Origin: an uncultured Solirubrobacterales bacterium
Lineage (GTDB): Bacteria; Actinomycetota; Thermoleophilia; Solirubrobacterales; Solirubrobacteraceae
DNA length: 64,000 nt
Assembly (NCBI GenBank): GCA_963759695.1
Contig: CAVXAO010000001.1
Span: forward strand, 16,259-80,258
Reading direction: 5' to 3'
This document shows, in pieces, positions 1 through 8,657 of this stretch. The position numbers and the translations under genes were made by a program. The notes beneath the pieces were generated by a model. The model was not told the origin of the DNA and did no database searches. It saw nothing but the letters and a program-made list of their open reading frames with translations. How positions within the stretch are numbered: position 1 is the first letter of the stretch; the number at the start of each line of letters is the position of its first letter.

Positions 1-406
1 CCGGCCCTGCCGCCATCAACTCGACCACGCCCATGTCCGCGACGTCGGGTCGCGCGGCGAGGAACCGCAGCAGCGCGCCCAGCGCCGATCGCGTGCGCTC
101 GGCCCAGTCGTTCCCCACGGCGGATGCCGATTCCACCACCGCCGCGAGCTCACGCGCGTATTGGCGATAGGAGGCGAGGAAGCAGTCGCGCTTGTCGTGG
201 AAGTTCTCGTAGAAAGTCTTGCGCGAGACGCCGGCGCGGCCCGCCAGATCCTCTACCGTCATCGCGATGAACCCCTTCTCGTGGACCACCGGCGGGACGG
301 CATGGATCAACCGCTGGCGCTGGTTCTCGACGACGGCGCCGGGGAGCAGGCCGTGCCTGCCACGCGGCAGGCGGCGGGTGTCAACAGGTGCGCGCTGTTC
401 GGCCAT
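1..406 (-). CDS. TetR/AcrR-family transcriptional regulator, N-terminal part (C-terminus lies beyond the left window edge)
   Basis: Own minus-strand translation from ATG 406..404: MAEQRAPVDTRRLPRGRHGLLPGAVVENQRQRLIHAVPPVVHEKGFIAMTVEDLAGRAGVSRKTFYENFHDKRDCFLASY... It has a TetR HTH signature, and the N-terminus parallels the TetR at 1575-2336. It is absent from the ORF track because the frame is open to the window edge. Confidence 0.8.
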   Translation of the reverse strand, partial: MAEQRAPVDTRRLPRGRHGLLPGAVVENQRQRLIHAVPPVVHEKGFIAMTVEDLAGRAGVSRKTFYENFHDKRDCFLASYRQYARELAAVVESASAVGNDWAERTRSALGALLRFLAARPDVADMGVVELMAAGP

Positions 407-608
407 CGTGGCGAGCATATCGGGCTGCTTAGGACAAAGACAATAGGAAACGTATATGTCTGTAGAACTAGGAGCGCCTGTATGTACAGATGTCCAAACG
501 GATTTGAACACAACATAGTCTCCAAATGGGAGCAATTTCTCCACAGGGCCAAATTGGAGATGCGGCGCTACAAATCTGCGGCGTGATGTCCCGCCTTGGA
601 GCGCCGTC

Positions 609-719
609 GCGCCGGGAGCGATAGGCGCCGGGAGCGATAGGCGCCGGGGGCGATGGCGCCGGGGGCGACAGGCGCCGGGAGCGACAGGCGCCGGCGGCGA
701 CAGGCGCCGGGTCCAACAG
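609..719. repeat. Tandem repeat, 7 units of 16 nt (one unit is 15 nt), consensus GGCGCCGGGAGCGAYA
   Basis: Units start at 609, 625, 641, 656, 672, 688 and 704, read directly from the sequence. Total length is 111 nt. Confidence 0.9.
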
Positions 720-790
720 GCAGTCACGCCGGGCGCCATCGAAGCGCCGCGCCGCGGCGCCCCCGAAACCCGCCGGCTCCGCGCTGCGGC

Positions 791-1378
791 TAGGTAGACC
801 GCGGCCGCGAGCGGCTCGAACATGCCGGTGAGCTCCGCGAGCTCCCCGCAGAGGTCGGGGAGGTCGTCGACCCGTCCTTCGGCCACACGCGTGGCGATCA
901 GGTGGAAGCTCGCGCCGAGCAGCATCTCGAGCTGTACCGGCGAGAGTTGGTCGAGGTCACCGCGCCGGCGGTGCTCGGAGAGGATCAGCGCGAACATTCG
1001 CTGGCGACCCTGCTCGCGCCGGCGCCGGAGCTCCCGGTCGCCGCGCAGCGTCTCGACGAACAGCATCCGCGCCTCCTCCGGGTGCTCGGAGAGCCTGGTC
1101 AGGATCCGCGACCGGGCGCTGGTCAGCGCCTCGGGCCAGCTCAACGCGCAGTTGAATGCATCCGCCATCTCGTCGAGAAGATCCTGCGAGAGCTCGTCGT
1201 AGGCCTCGTAAAGGCAGGCGCTCGGCGTCGGGTAGTGGTCTACGAACTCCTCAGGCGTGACCCCGGCGGCTTCGCACAGAGAGGCGACCGACAACCCGCT
1301 GAACCCTTGATCGCCGACGAGCCGCAGCGCAGCAACCCGAAGAGATTCGCATGTGGTGCATGCCGTGGCAGCGTACAT
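791..1378 (-). CDS. TetR-family regulator (196 TetR-like codons; no in-frame stop at the expected end)
   Basis: Own translation from ATG 1378..1376: MYAATACTTCESLRVAALRLVGDQGFSGLSVASLCEAAGVTPEEFVDHYPTPSACLYEAYDELSQDLLDEMADAF...LAELTGMFEPLAAAVYL. The HTH lies near the N-terminus and codons are GC3-rich. The frame stays open below 791 (see finding). Confidence 0.65.
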
Positions 1379-1574
1379 TTAGACATCCCCCGATCATCAC
1401 GGGGTCCACGTCGGACCAGTGAACAGCGGCGGACTCTACTTTTGGGGTGCACGAGAAACAAGAGGGTTTCCTGAGCCTAAACGAATGTTCTAGAGGGACG
1501 ATTCTCGATGTATAAACGGACCGGTTTTCAGCAAAGTATCTGGATCGCCTTCCGAGCGGCTAATTTGTGACGAC

Positions 1575-2336
1575 ATGTCTCCAAACGCCAAACGCCAGGG
1601 ACGTCAAGCTCATCAGCTGCCCCCGGGTCGACACGGCCTCCCGCGGTCCTTCATCGTCTCGAACCAGCGCGAGCGGATCCTCGACGCGGTCGCCGATGTC
1701 TCGAGTCTCGCCGGCTATTCGGCGATGAGCGTCGAGGACATCATCGTCACCGCGGGCGTCTCGCGACGGACCTTCTACGACCATTTCAGCGACAAGCAGG
1801 AAGCGTTCCTGGCCGCGTACGACGCGGTCGTGGCGCAGCTCGTGCAGCGAGTCCAGGAGGCCTTCACGGCGAACACGACGTTTGCCGGTCGCGTGCGGGA
1901 CTGCCTGGCCGAGTTCCTTGGCTTCGTCGCCAGCGAGCCGCGATTCGCGGACATGTGCATCGTCGAGGTGCTCGCCGCCGGGCCTGAGGCGATCGAGCGC
2001 CGAAACGCGGTGATGAGGACGTTTGCGAAGATGGTTCACGCCGCCGCCCAGGGCGACGGCACCGCCGAGCAACCCCCCGAGATCACCGCCGAGACGATCG
2101 TCGGAGGGATCTACGAGGTCGTGTACTCGCGCGTGATACAGGGCCAGACCCCCCAGCTGATGGGATTGCTGCCTGACCTTGGGTACTCGCTGATGCTTCC
2201 GTACATCGGCCAAGCCGCGGCACGGAAAGAGGCGGCCAAGCCGCCCACGCCGCGGTCGACCGAACCGGTGGCGATCGTCTCGAGCGGCTCACTCCTCGAC
2301 GAACAGGCCGCGCCCGCGCTTGACGACCGCACCTGA
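1575..2336 (+). CDS. TetR/AcrR-family transcriptional regulator
   Basis: ORF track, 253 aa. HTH region: ...YSAMSVEDIIVTAGVSRRTFYDHFSDKQEAFLAAYD... Divergent from the TetR at 791-1378 and adjacent to the mce operon. Confidence 0.85.
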   Translation: MSPNAKRQGRQAHQLPPGRHGLPRSFIVSNQRERILDAVADVSSLAGYSAMSVEDIIVTAGVSRRTFYDHFSDKQEAFLAAYDAVVAQLVQRVQEAFTANTTFAGRVRDCLAEFLGFVASEPRFADMCIVEVLAAGPEAIERRNAVMRTFAKMVHAAAQGDGTAEQPPEITAETIVGGIYEVVYSRVIQGQTPQLMGLLPDLGYSLMLPYIGQAAARKEAAKPPTPRSTEPVAIVSSGSLLDEQAAPALDDRT

Positions 2337-2792
2337 GGTCGTGAGCTCGCGGACGGGGCGGTACAGCGATGTAGGCGGCACCTCGAGCATCGAGGCGAGA
2401 TCGGTGATCGTCGAGCCTGGATGGGCCCGCAGGGCGTCGATCACGCGCGCGTCGCGCTCGGCTCCGGTCTCGGCGTCTCCCGAGGCGGGTTGCCGGCGCT
2501 GGCGGACCGGCTTCGCGCGAGCCGGCGAACCGGCCTGACGCGGGCGTCGCCCCTTGGCCGCGGTCGCCGTGGCCGCGCTCTCATCCGACGCGGCATTGGC
2601 GCCGGCGGCCCGTCGGGCGACATCCTGCGCCGGGCGAGCCGGCGAGCGCGGTCGTCCGCGGCCGGGAACCTCGATCCCGAGCTCGTCGGCGAGCTTCACG
2701 AGCTCGTCGTATTCCCGCACCAATGGCTCGAGTTCGCTCAGACGAGCGGCTACGCGCTGCCGGACGGTTCGGACTTCATCAGCGAGGGACAT
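2289..2792 (-). CDS. Putative DNA-binding protein (coiled-coil-like N-terminus, Arg/Pro/Ala-rich linker, winged-HTH-like C-terminus), 84 nt downstream of the last mce gene on the same strand
   Basis: ORF track, 167 aa with an ATG start. C-terminus: ...VIDALRAHPGSTITDLASMLEVPPTSLYRPVRELTTSGAVVKRGRGLF. Family not recognised. Confidence 0.55.
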   Translation of the reverse strand: MSLADEVRTVRQRVAARLSELEPLVREYDELVKLADELGIEVPGRGRPRSPARPAQDVARRAAGANAASDESAATATAAKGRRPRQAGSPARAKPVRQRRQPASGDAETGAERDARVIDALRAHPGSTITDLASMLEVPPTSLYRPVRELTTSGAVVKRGRGLFVEE

Positions 2793-2876
2793 GAGAGATC
2801 TCCCGGAAAGCCTGTGTATAACACGCGCGAGCGAGGTGAAATCAAGAGGGATCCCGGGTTACCCCCAAGCGGGGGG

Positions 2877-4367
2877 TTAACCCACGCTCGGTGCCGGTTC
2901 CGCGCGCAGTTGTGGGAAATCCGTCGTGAAGCCGGGCACGTGTCCCTGCTGGATGCACGGTGGCGCGGCGACGTTGCGGGAGTCGGTCCGGAACACGTAG
3001 GACTTGATCAGCGGCACGAGCGTCGACGGGAACGCGCTCGTCGGCGGAGCCGGGTTACCTTTCGAGCACTCGGCAGTGTTGAGTACGGACAGGCCCCGCG
3101 CGAGCTGCGAGTACGCGCCTGGCAGACGGTAGGCGTCGTCGCGCTGGAGGCCGAGCGGGCGGTCGAGGAAGGAGAGTGCCTCTGGCGTCAGCGTCTGCGA
3201 GGTGCGCAGGTAGTGGACCTCGTTGGACGTGCGCGGCAGCTCTACGTCGTGCGACTGGGACGCGCCGGTGACGTTTGCGAAGAAGCCGGTCACCTCGTGC
3301 TTGTAGAGGCCGATGTAACTGACGATCGGGTTCGCGTTGCGCAGGAACGGCTGGAACGCGCCGAGGAGCGGCGGGATCGCGCCCAGGATGCTGTCGAGCG
3401 CCGGCAGCCCCCGCTCGGACGCGGTGACGGTCGGGCCGAGACGATCGAACAGAGCGTGAAGCTGCGGGGCGAGCTCGGCGGTGGTTCCGAAGGTCCCCGT
3501 GAGCTCGGTGGCGATCGGCTCGAGCGCGCGGACGACGGGATCGGCCTGCTGGGCGAAGCGCGTGATCGCCGGGAGCGTCAGCCGGGTCTGAAGCTCGAAG
3601 TTCGGCAGCGCCCGGAACACGTCGGCCAGCTGCTGGTTGCGCTGGGCAGTGGTTTGGAACAGATTGTTGGCGGCGGTGATCAGTCCCGAGAGCTCGCCCT
3701 GGCGAGCGCTGATCGCGTCGAAGAAGGTGCCGGTGTTCGCTACCAGGCGGCGAACCGCCGCCGACTGGGAATCGAGCGTCGCCAGCAGGCTCTCTCCTGA
3801 ATCGACGAACTGGGGCAGGATTCCGAACGTATCGTTGATGTCCTGGCCGCGTCCGGCCAGCGCCCCCGCCTGCGATTGCATCCAGGTCTGGAACGCCGCC
3901 CGCGTCTGGGGGTCGAACGTCGCGAGGATCTGGTCGAGGTCGACGTTCGTCTGGACCTGGCCGTCCGGAATCCGGCCGCCGTCGGCGACCGGGCCCGAGT
4001 GCGGGTTGCCGGCGGTCAGGTCGATGTAGGTCTCCCCGAGCAGCGTCTTGATCCGCAGCGTGGCGTGCGTATCGCTCGGGATCGGGGCGTACTGCTCCGA
4101 GATCTGAACGGTCGCGACGGTCCGGTTGTCCTGCTTGTCGAGGTTCAGCGCCACGACCTTGCCGACGTTGACGCCCGCGATCCGGACGTCCGCGCCGGTC
4201 GCGAGCTCGTTCGCCTGGGGGAACGCCACCTGGATCCGGTAGCCCTGGGGAACGAACGGGACCGAGCCCCCGAAGTCGATCCACAGGTACGTGAGAACCA
4301 GGACGCACGAGAGCACGAACACCGCCAGGACGCCGATTCGCAGCGGGGATGGTGGGGTCTTGATCAT
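2877..4367 (-). CDS. Mce-family protein (6th of six, MceF position)
   Basis: The ORF track frame was trimmed to MIKTPPSPLRIGVLAVFVLSCVLVLTYLW... (N-terminal TM helix followed by an MCE domain, ...ATGADVRIAGVNVGKVVAL). The ATG at 4367 overlaps the upstream stop (ATGA). Confidence 0.85.
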   Translation of the reverse strand: MIKTPPSPLRIGVLAVFVLSCVLVLTYLWIDFGGSVPFVPQGYRIQVAFPQANELATGADVRIAGVNVGKVVALNLDKQDNRTVATVQISEQYAPIPSDTHATLRIKTLLGETYIDLTAGNPHSGPVADGGRIPDGQVQTNVDLDQILATFDPQTRAAFQTWMQSQAGALAGRGQDINDTFGILPQFVDSGESLLATLDSQSAAVRRLVANTGTFFDAISARQGELSGLITAANNLFQTTAQRNQQLADVFRALPNFELQTRLTLPAITRFAQQADPVVRALEPIATELTGTFGTTAELAPQLHALFDRLGPTVTASERGLPALDSILGAIPPLLGAFQPFLRNANPIVSYIGLYKHEVTGFFANVTGASQSHDVELPRTSNEVHYLRTSQTLTPEALSFLDRPLGLQRDDAYRLPGAYSQLARGLSVLNTAECSKGNPAPPTSAFPSTLVPLIKSYVFRTDSRNVAAPPCIQQGHVPGFTTDFPQLRAEPAPSVG

Positions 4368-5713
4368 TTCTTCGGCAGGTTCCCGTTGCAGACGGTGTTC
4401 AAGTTCGGCGTCGTGAGCAGCTGGATCACGGTGGCGAGTGTCGGGTTGTTCTTTGGATTGGCGAGGTCCTGGAGCAGCTGCAGAGAGCCGCACGAGAACA
4501 GGATCAGGCTGCGCCGGACGGGGCCCACGCCGTCCTGGGTGGAGAGCACCGAGTTCGTGTCGTGGTTGGCCCAGGGGAGGTAGAACAGATAGCTCTGTCC
4601 GTTCTTGGGCTTGTAGGCGAGCTCGTTGACGATGTTGTTGAGCTCGGTCGCGAGAGTGCCGAGCTGCGGCGTTGCCTTGGCGAGCTGGCGCGTGGCGGGC
4701 ACGAGCTCCTTGGCCGTCGGCTGCGCTGCGACCGAGAACGGTCGCAGCTCGTTGCGGATCACCGGCGTGGTCTCGTTGAAGAACGGGCGCAGGTCAGACA
4801 GGGTCGGGCCGAGACCGCGGGCGCTCGGGTCGAGCGGCCCGAGCGTGGAGGACAGCGTCTTGCCCAGCGTCGTCGCCTGAGTGAGCGCGGTGTTCGTCGC
4901 GCCGAGCGCCCCCGGGAGCAGCTGGATCGTCTGCTGGAGCTGCTGGTCCTGGTTCGAGATGGCGCGGAACACGCCCTCGTTGCCCTTCACGAACGTCGTC
5001 AGCTGCGAGTCGCGATCGCCGAGCTCGGTGGCGATCTTCGAGAGATTGCCCATCAGCCGCTTGAGCTCGACGCTGCGGAGCGCGACGAGATGGCTCGCTT
5101 TCAAGACGTTGCGCGAGAGCGGGTCGAAGCGCCGGAACACATTGCCGAGGTCCGTGCCGCCGCTGTTCGCCAGCGCCTGGCCTGCGTTGGAGACGAGCAT
5201 CATGAGCTCGTCGCGCGTGTCGCCGTCGAGCTGCGAGAGGACCTCGTCGAGGCTGACCGTCGGCAGCGTCTGGGACGCGCCGAGCGTCGCGCCGCTGTGC
5301 AGCCGCGTCCCGGCGCCGGCGCTGCCGGGATCGAGCTCGGCGACCATGTCGTTGAGGCCGGTCTTCGGCCGCAGCAGGACGGTCGCGTTCGAGTAGATGC
5401 GGCTGGCGTACTGCGGGTTGATCTCCATGCTGACGACCGGCACGCCGTTGGTGAGGGTCACACCGTCGATCTCGCCGACATCCACGCCGGCGATCGTCAC
5501 CGCCTGGCCCTGGCCCGGAAGCACGCCCGCCACGGCGCTGACCTGAGCCTTGAGCACGAACTCCTGCTTGCCCGCGAACGGAACCCAGGTTGGCCAGACG
5601 ATCCGCTGGTGGACGACCAGGTAGACGCCGACCGCCAGACCGAACACGATCACCGCCGCGAGCAGCACGACCGCGCGGGCCTGGCGCCGGATATCACGGA
5701 GCGTGCGGTTCAC
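4364..5713 (-). CDS. Mce-family protein (5th of six)
   Basis: Trimmed to the GTG at 5713: VNRTLRDIRRQARAVVLLAAVIVFGLAVGVYLV..., with an MCE domain (...GQAVTIAGVDVGEIDGVTL). GTGA overlap with the upstream stop at 5710-5712. Confidence 0.85.
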   Translation of the reverse strand: MNRTLRDIRRQARAVVLLAAVIVFGLAVGVYLVVHQRIVWPTWVPFAGKQEFVLKAQVSAVAGVLPGQGQAVTIAGVDVGEIDGVTLTNGVPVVSMEINPQYASRIYSNATVLLRPKTGLNDMVAELDPGSAGAGTRLHSGATLGASQTLPTVSLDEVLSQLDGDTRDELMMLVSNAGQALANSGGTDLGNVFRRFDPLSRNVLKASHLVALRSVELKRLMGNLSKIATELGDRDSQLTTFVKGNEGVFRAISNQDQQLQQTIQLLPGALGATNTALTQATTLGKTLSSTLGPLDPSARGLGPTLSDLRPFFNETTPVIRNELRPFSVAAQPTAKELVPATRQLAKATPQLGTLATELNNIVNELAYKPKNGQSYLFYLPWANHDTNSVLSTQDGVGPVRRSLILFSCGSLQLLQDLANPKNNPTLATVIQLLTTPNLNTVCNGNLPKK

Positions 5714-7215
5714 GGGATCTTCCCCGTCGGGTCGTTCGGCAGAGGCGGCGGTGGCGCATTCGGACGCGCCCCGTCCGCCGGTCCCGTCGACGCCGGGCCG
5801 TTCACGTTCGGGACGGGCTGCGTGTAGCAGGGGACGCTCCGACTGAGCGCCGGAACCCGGTTTGGATACGCCGGGCGTGTCCGCAGCGGCGGCAGATCGG
5901 CCTGGGCAAACTTCGTGCCCGACGCCCCGTAGTAGTTCGTCTGCCCGGTCTCGATCGTGTCCGGACCACCGGCGGCGCCGATTCGCAGGAAGTTGCCGTT
6001 GCCGTCCTCGCCCTGCGCTTCGGCCGCCTGGCCGGCCATCGCGTACCAGAACTCCTGGTAGTTGGGGACGCCGGTCGACAGCGGCCCATCGTTGACGACG
6101 ATGTTGCCCGTCGGCAGGAACACGCCGGTGATGCAACGATCGAACTCGTCGATCCGCGGCAGGAACTGCCGGGTCGCGTGGGTCAGCTGCGCGAGGTCGC
6201 CCGTCGCCGGCGCGAGCTCGTGCAGGAGGCCCCCGAGCTCGGACGGCGACAGCAGCGGCCCCGCCTGGGCCAGCCACGGGTAGGCGGCGCGGATCGTGGC
6301 CGGGAGCTGCGGGAGCCCCCGCGCCAGGTCACGCGCGAACCGCTCGGTCGGGGGAAGCCCCTGGTCGAGCGCGGTGAAAGCGGTCTGCGCATTCTGTGCG
6401 GTGGGGCCGAGGATGGCGACCGTCTTGCGCAGAGAGTCCTGCTGCGCGGCGGTCGCCTGCATCGTCTTGTCGAACTCGGAGATCAGCGCGGTCAGCTGCG
6501 TGTCCGCGCGGGCGAGCCCGTCGCTCGCGCGCGCGAGACCCGAGACCGTTTGCGCGAGCTCGTGTCCGGTCGGCCCGGTCAGAGCCTCCGAGACGATCGC
6601 CGAGTCGCGGAGTGACGGCGCGCTCGTCGACAATGTCTTGTTGAGCGCCTCGCCACCGGTCAGATCGCGCACGGCCGGGTCCTCGGTCGCGGCTTCGGCG
6701 GGGGTCGGCGGCGTGTCGAGCGCGGCGCCGAATCCCTGGATCGCCTGCTGGAGCCTGACCCTCATGTCCGCCGGCAGCGCATCGAGCACCTGATCGATCT
6801 GGACCGGGTCGGTGGTGTGGGCAACGGGGATCGTTCCGCCGCTGTGAAGCGCCGGTGCGCCCGGGGTGCCGGGCGAGAGGTCGACGTAGAAGTTGCCCTC
6901 GAGGAACAGGCGCGGCCGGATCCTGATCGTCGCGTCGTCGTGGATCGTGCCGGCTCCGGAGATCTGCATCTGCACGAGCGCGAGACTCGTGTTGCGGTAG
7001 CGACCGACGCCGGTGACCTTGCCGACGCCGACCCCGCCGATCCGCACCGGCGAACCCTGGACGAGCAGATTCGAGTTCCGGACGACGGCGTTGATCGTGT
7101 AGTGCTGCTCGAACGGGATCGCCTTGGTGAACGCGAAGTAGACCCCGATCGCAAACAGCGCAATCCCGATCAGGCTCGCCGCGATCGGTGAGATGCCCTT
7201 GCGCCGGCGGGTCAC
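5710..7215 (-). CDS. Mce-family protein (4th of six)
   Basis: Trimmed to the GTG at 7215: VTRRRKGISPIAASLIGIALFAIGVYFAF..., with an MCE domain (...GSPVRIGGVGVGKVTGV). GTGA overlap with the upstream stop. Confidence 0.85.
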   Translation of the reverse strand: MTRRRKGISPIAASLIGIALFAIGVYFAFTKAIPFEQHYTINAVVRNSNLLVQGSPVRIGGVGVGKVTGVGRYRNTSLALVQMQISGAGTIHDDATIRIRPRLFLEGNFYVDLSPGTPGAPALHSGGTIPVAHTTDPVQIDQVLDALPADMRVRLQQAIQGFGAALDTPPTPAEAATEDPAVRDLTGGEALNKTLSTSAPSLRDSAIVSEALTGPTGHELAQTVSGLARASDGLARADTQLTALISEFDKTMQATAAQQDSLRKTVAILGPTAQNAQTAFTALDQGLPPTERFARDLARGLPQLPATIRAAYPWLAQAGPLLSPSELGGLLHELAPATGDLAQLTHATRQFLPRIDEFDRCITGVFLPTGNIVVNDGPLSTGVPNYQEFWYAMAGQAAEAQGEDGNGNFLRIGAAGGPDTIETGQTNYYGASGTKFAQADLPPLRTRPAYPNRVPALSRSVPCYTQPVPNVNGPASTGPADGARPNAPPPPLPNDPTGKIP

Positions 7216-8657
7216 TGGAGGCTCCGCTTCGTCGTCTCTGTAAGCAGGCCCTGGTTGCCGGGGTCGTTGCCGATCACCTGTCGGCCCGGGATGTAGCGCT
7301 CGTTCCCGGCCTCGCACTCCGGGGTCTGGCCCGGAGCGTCTGCGTTCGGATACGGGTTCGAGTGCAGGAAGCTGTCGTTTTCGAGCGAGGCCTGGGGCTG
7401 CGGAGTTCCCTTCGCCGAAGGGCCGTTGGCCGGCGCCGACGATGGCCCAGCCTCGCTGTTGGGCAGTTGCGGGAGGGCGAGGATCCCGATCCGCAGGAAG
7501 CTCCCGACGACATCGGACTCCGACACCGCGCTCTCGAGGTTGCGGAAGAAGAGCGTGAGGTAGTTGCAGGTCGTCTGCGCGGGTTTGATGAACGCGAGCG
7601 TCGGCTCGAGCGCCGTCGCCGTCTGGGTCAGCAGGATCAGGCCCGGGACCGTTCGCGAGTCGGCGGCGAACCGCTCGACGGCACCCAGCGTCGCGACCAG
7701 CCGATTGTCCAGCTGCGGCGCGCGCTTGACGGCCGGGATGCCGGCGGCGATCGCGGGCGCGAGCTGCACCGACGCCGACGCGAGGTTCACGAACGCCGGG
7801 TGGAACCGGCGGAACAGCTCGGCCGTGTCATCGATGAACCGTGCCTGCGCGGGCAGCTCCTGCGTGCCGGTTCTCAGCGCCGCTGGACCGCCGGCGATTG
7901 CGGCCTGCAGCGCCGGGGTCGCGTTTGAGAGCGGCGTGAACGTCTCGTCCAAACCCACGAACAGCTGCGCGTCCGGGCCGGCGACCGGTGCGACCTCGTG
8001 CGCGGCCTGCTCGAGGCTCGGGAACAGCCGAGCGAAGCGCGTCTGCGACGCGTTCAGATTGGTCGTGACCCCGAGCAGGTGGCCGACCAGCGGTTGCAGC
8101 TGACTGAGCGCGTCGTTGAGGTCGGTGCCCCGGCTCGCGAACGCGTCCCCGAACTCGTTCAGGTTCTCCTTCGACGCCGCCCTCGTGCGCGCGGTGAACA
8201 TCTTGAAGATGTCGTCGACCTGAACGGGCAGCTGCGTCTGCGTCATCGGGATCGTCGCGCCGGCCCCGAGCGTCTGCTTGGAGTGCCCGCGCTCGATCTG
8301 CAAGTACTCGAGGCCCAGCGGGGAAACCGGACGCACCAGGTCGGTCGAGTCCGCCGGGAGCGGCTCGATCGACTTGTCGAGCTTCACGTGGACGACCGCG
8401 TACAGGGTGCCGTCGCTCGTCTTCGCAGCGGTGATGCTCCCGACGTACCCGACCCGGCTGCCGCCGATCAGCACGCTGTCCGAGGCGATCAACCCCGAGG
8501 CGTTCGGAACGTCGACGTCGAGGTCGTAGGTCGGGACGAACGGGAGCCCGTTGTTGGCGTTGTACGCCAGGTAGACCGCGACCACGAGGATCAGGATCGT
8601 GATCGCGCCGATCAGAATCGGGTTGCGGAACGGATCCTGTCGGCCCCTTCTGGTCAC
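7212..8657 (-). CDS. Mce-family protein (3rd of six)
   Basis: ORF track, 481 aa: MTRRGRQDPFRNPILIGAITILILVVAVYLAY..., then ...SVLIGGSRVGYVGSI. The GTG at 8657 overlaps the upstream stop (GTGA). Confidence 0.85.
   Translation of the reverse strand: MTRRGRQDPFRNPILIGAITILILVVAVYLAYNANNGLPFVPTYDLDVDVPNASGLIASDSVLIGGSRVGYVGSITAAKTSDGTLYAVVHVKLDKSIEPLPADSTDLVRPVSPLGLEYLQIERGHSKQTLGAGATIPMTQTQLPVQVDDIFKMFTARTRAASKENLNEFGDAFASRGTDLNDALSQLQPLVGHLLGVTTNLNASQTRFARLFPSLEQAAHEVAPVAGPDAQLFVGLDETFTPLSNATPALQAAIAGGPAALRTGTQELPAQARFIDDTAELFRRFHPAFVNLASASVQLAPAIAAGIPAVKRAPQLDNRLVATLGAVERFAADSRTVPGLILLTQTATALEPTLAFIKPAQTTCNYLTLFFRNLESAVSESDVVGSFLRIGILALPQLPNSEAGPSSAPANGPSAKGTPQPQASLENDSFLHSNPYPNADAPGQTPECEAGNERYIPGRQVIGNDPGNQGLLTETTKRSLQ

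Noticed and set aside
609-719. CRISPR array (also considered for 14203-14290, 51082-51186 and 57022-57080)
   Set aside because: The repeats are directly abutting 15-20-nt units with no unique spacers, and there are no cas genes in the window. These are simple tandem repeats.
1-1378. A genuine Mce3R-like double-TetR fusion protein spanning both TetR domains
   Set aside because: Not adopted as the primary call. The roughly 128-codon linker would be encoded by a tandem DNA repeat and an AT-rich stretch whose codons end in A/T, unlike real genes here. The second TetR also has its own N-terminus that parallels the TetR at 1575. It is kept as an open alternative in the findings.
1403-1417. GGTCC-acgtc-GGACC inverted repeat (and CGGACCGG at about 1525) in the divergent TetR intergenic region, as a TetR operator
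   Set aside because: The arms are only 5 bp, so chance occurrence in GC-rich DNA is likely. No second matching site was convincingly found.
2862-2875. Small hairpin CCCCC-aagc-GGGGG immediately after the last mce gene, as an intrinsic terminator
   Set aside because: The stem is only 5 bp, there is no U-tract, and another gene follows 70 nt downstream on the same strand. The evidence is insufficient.
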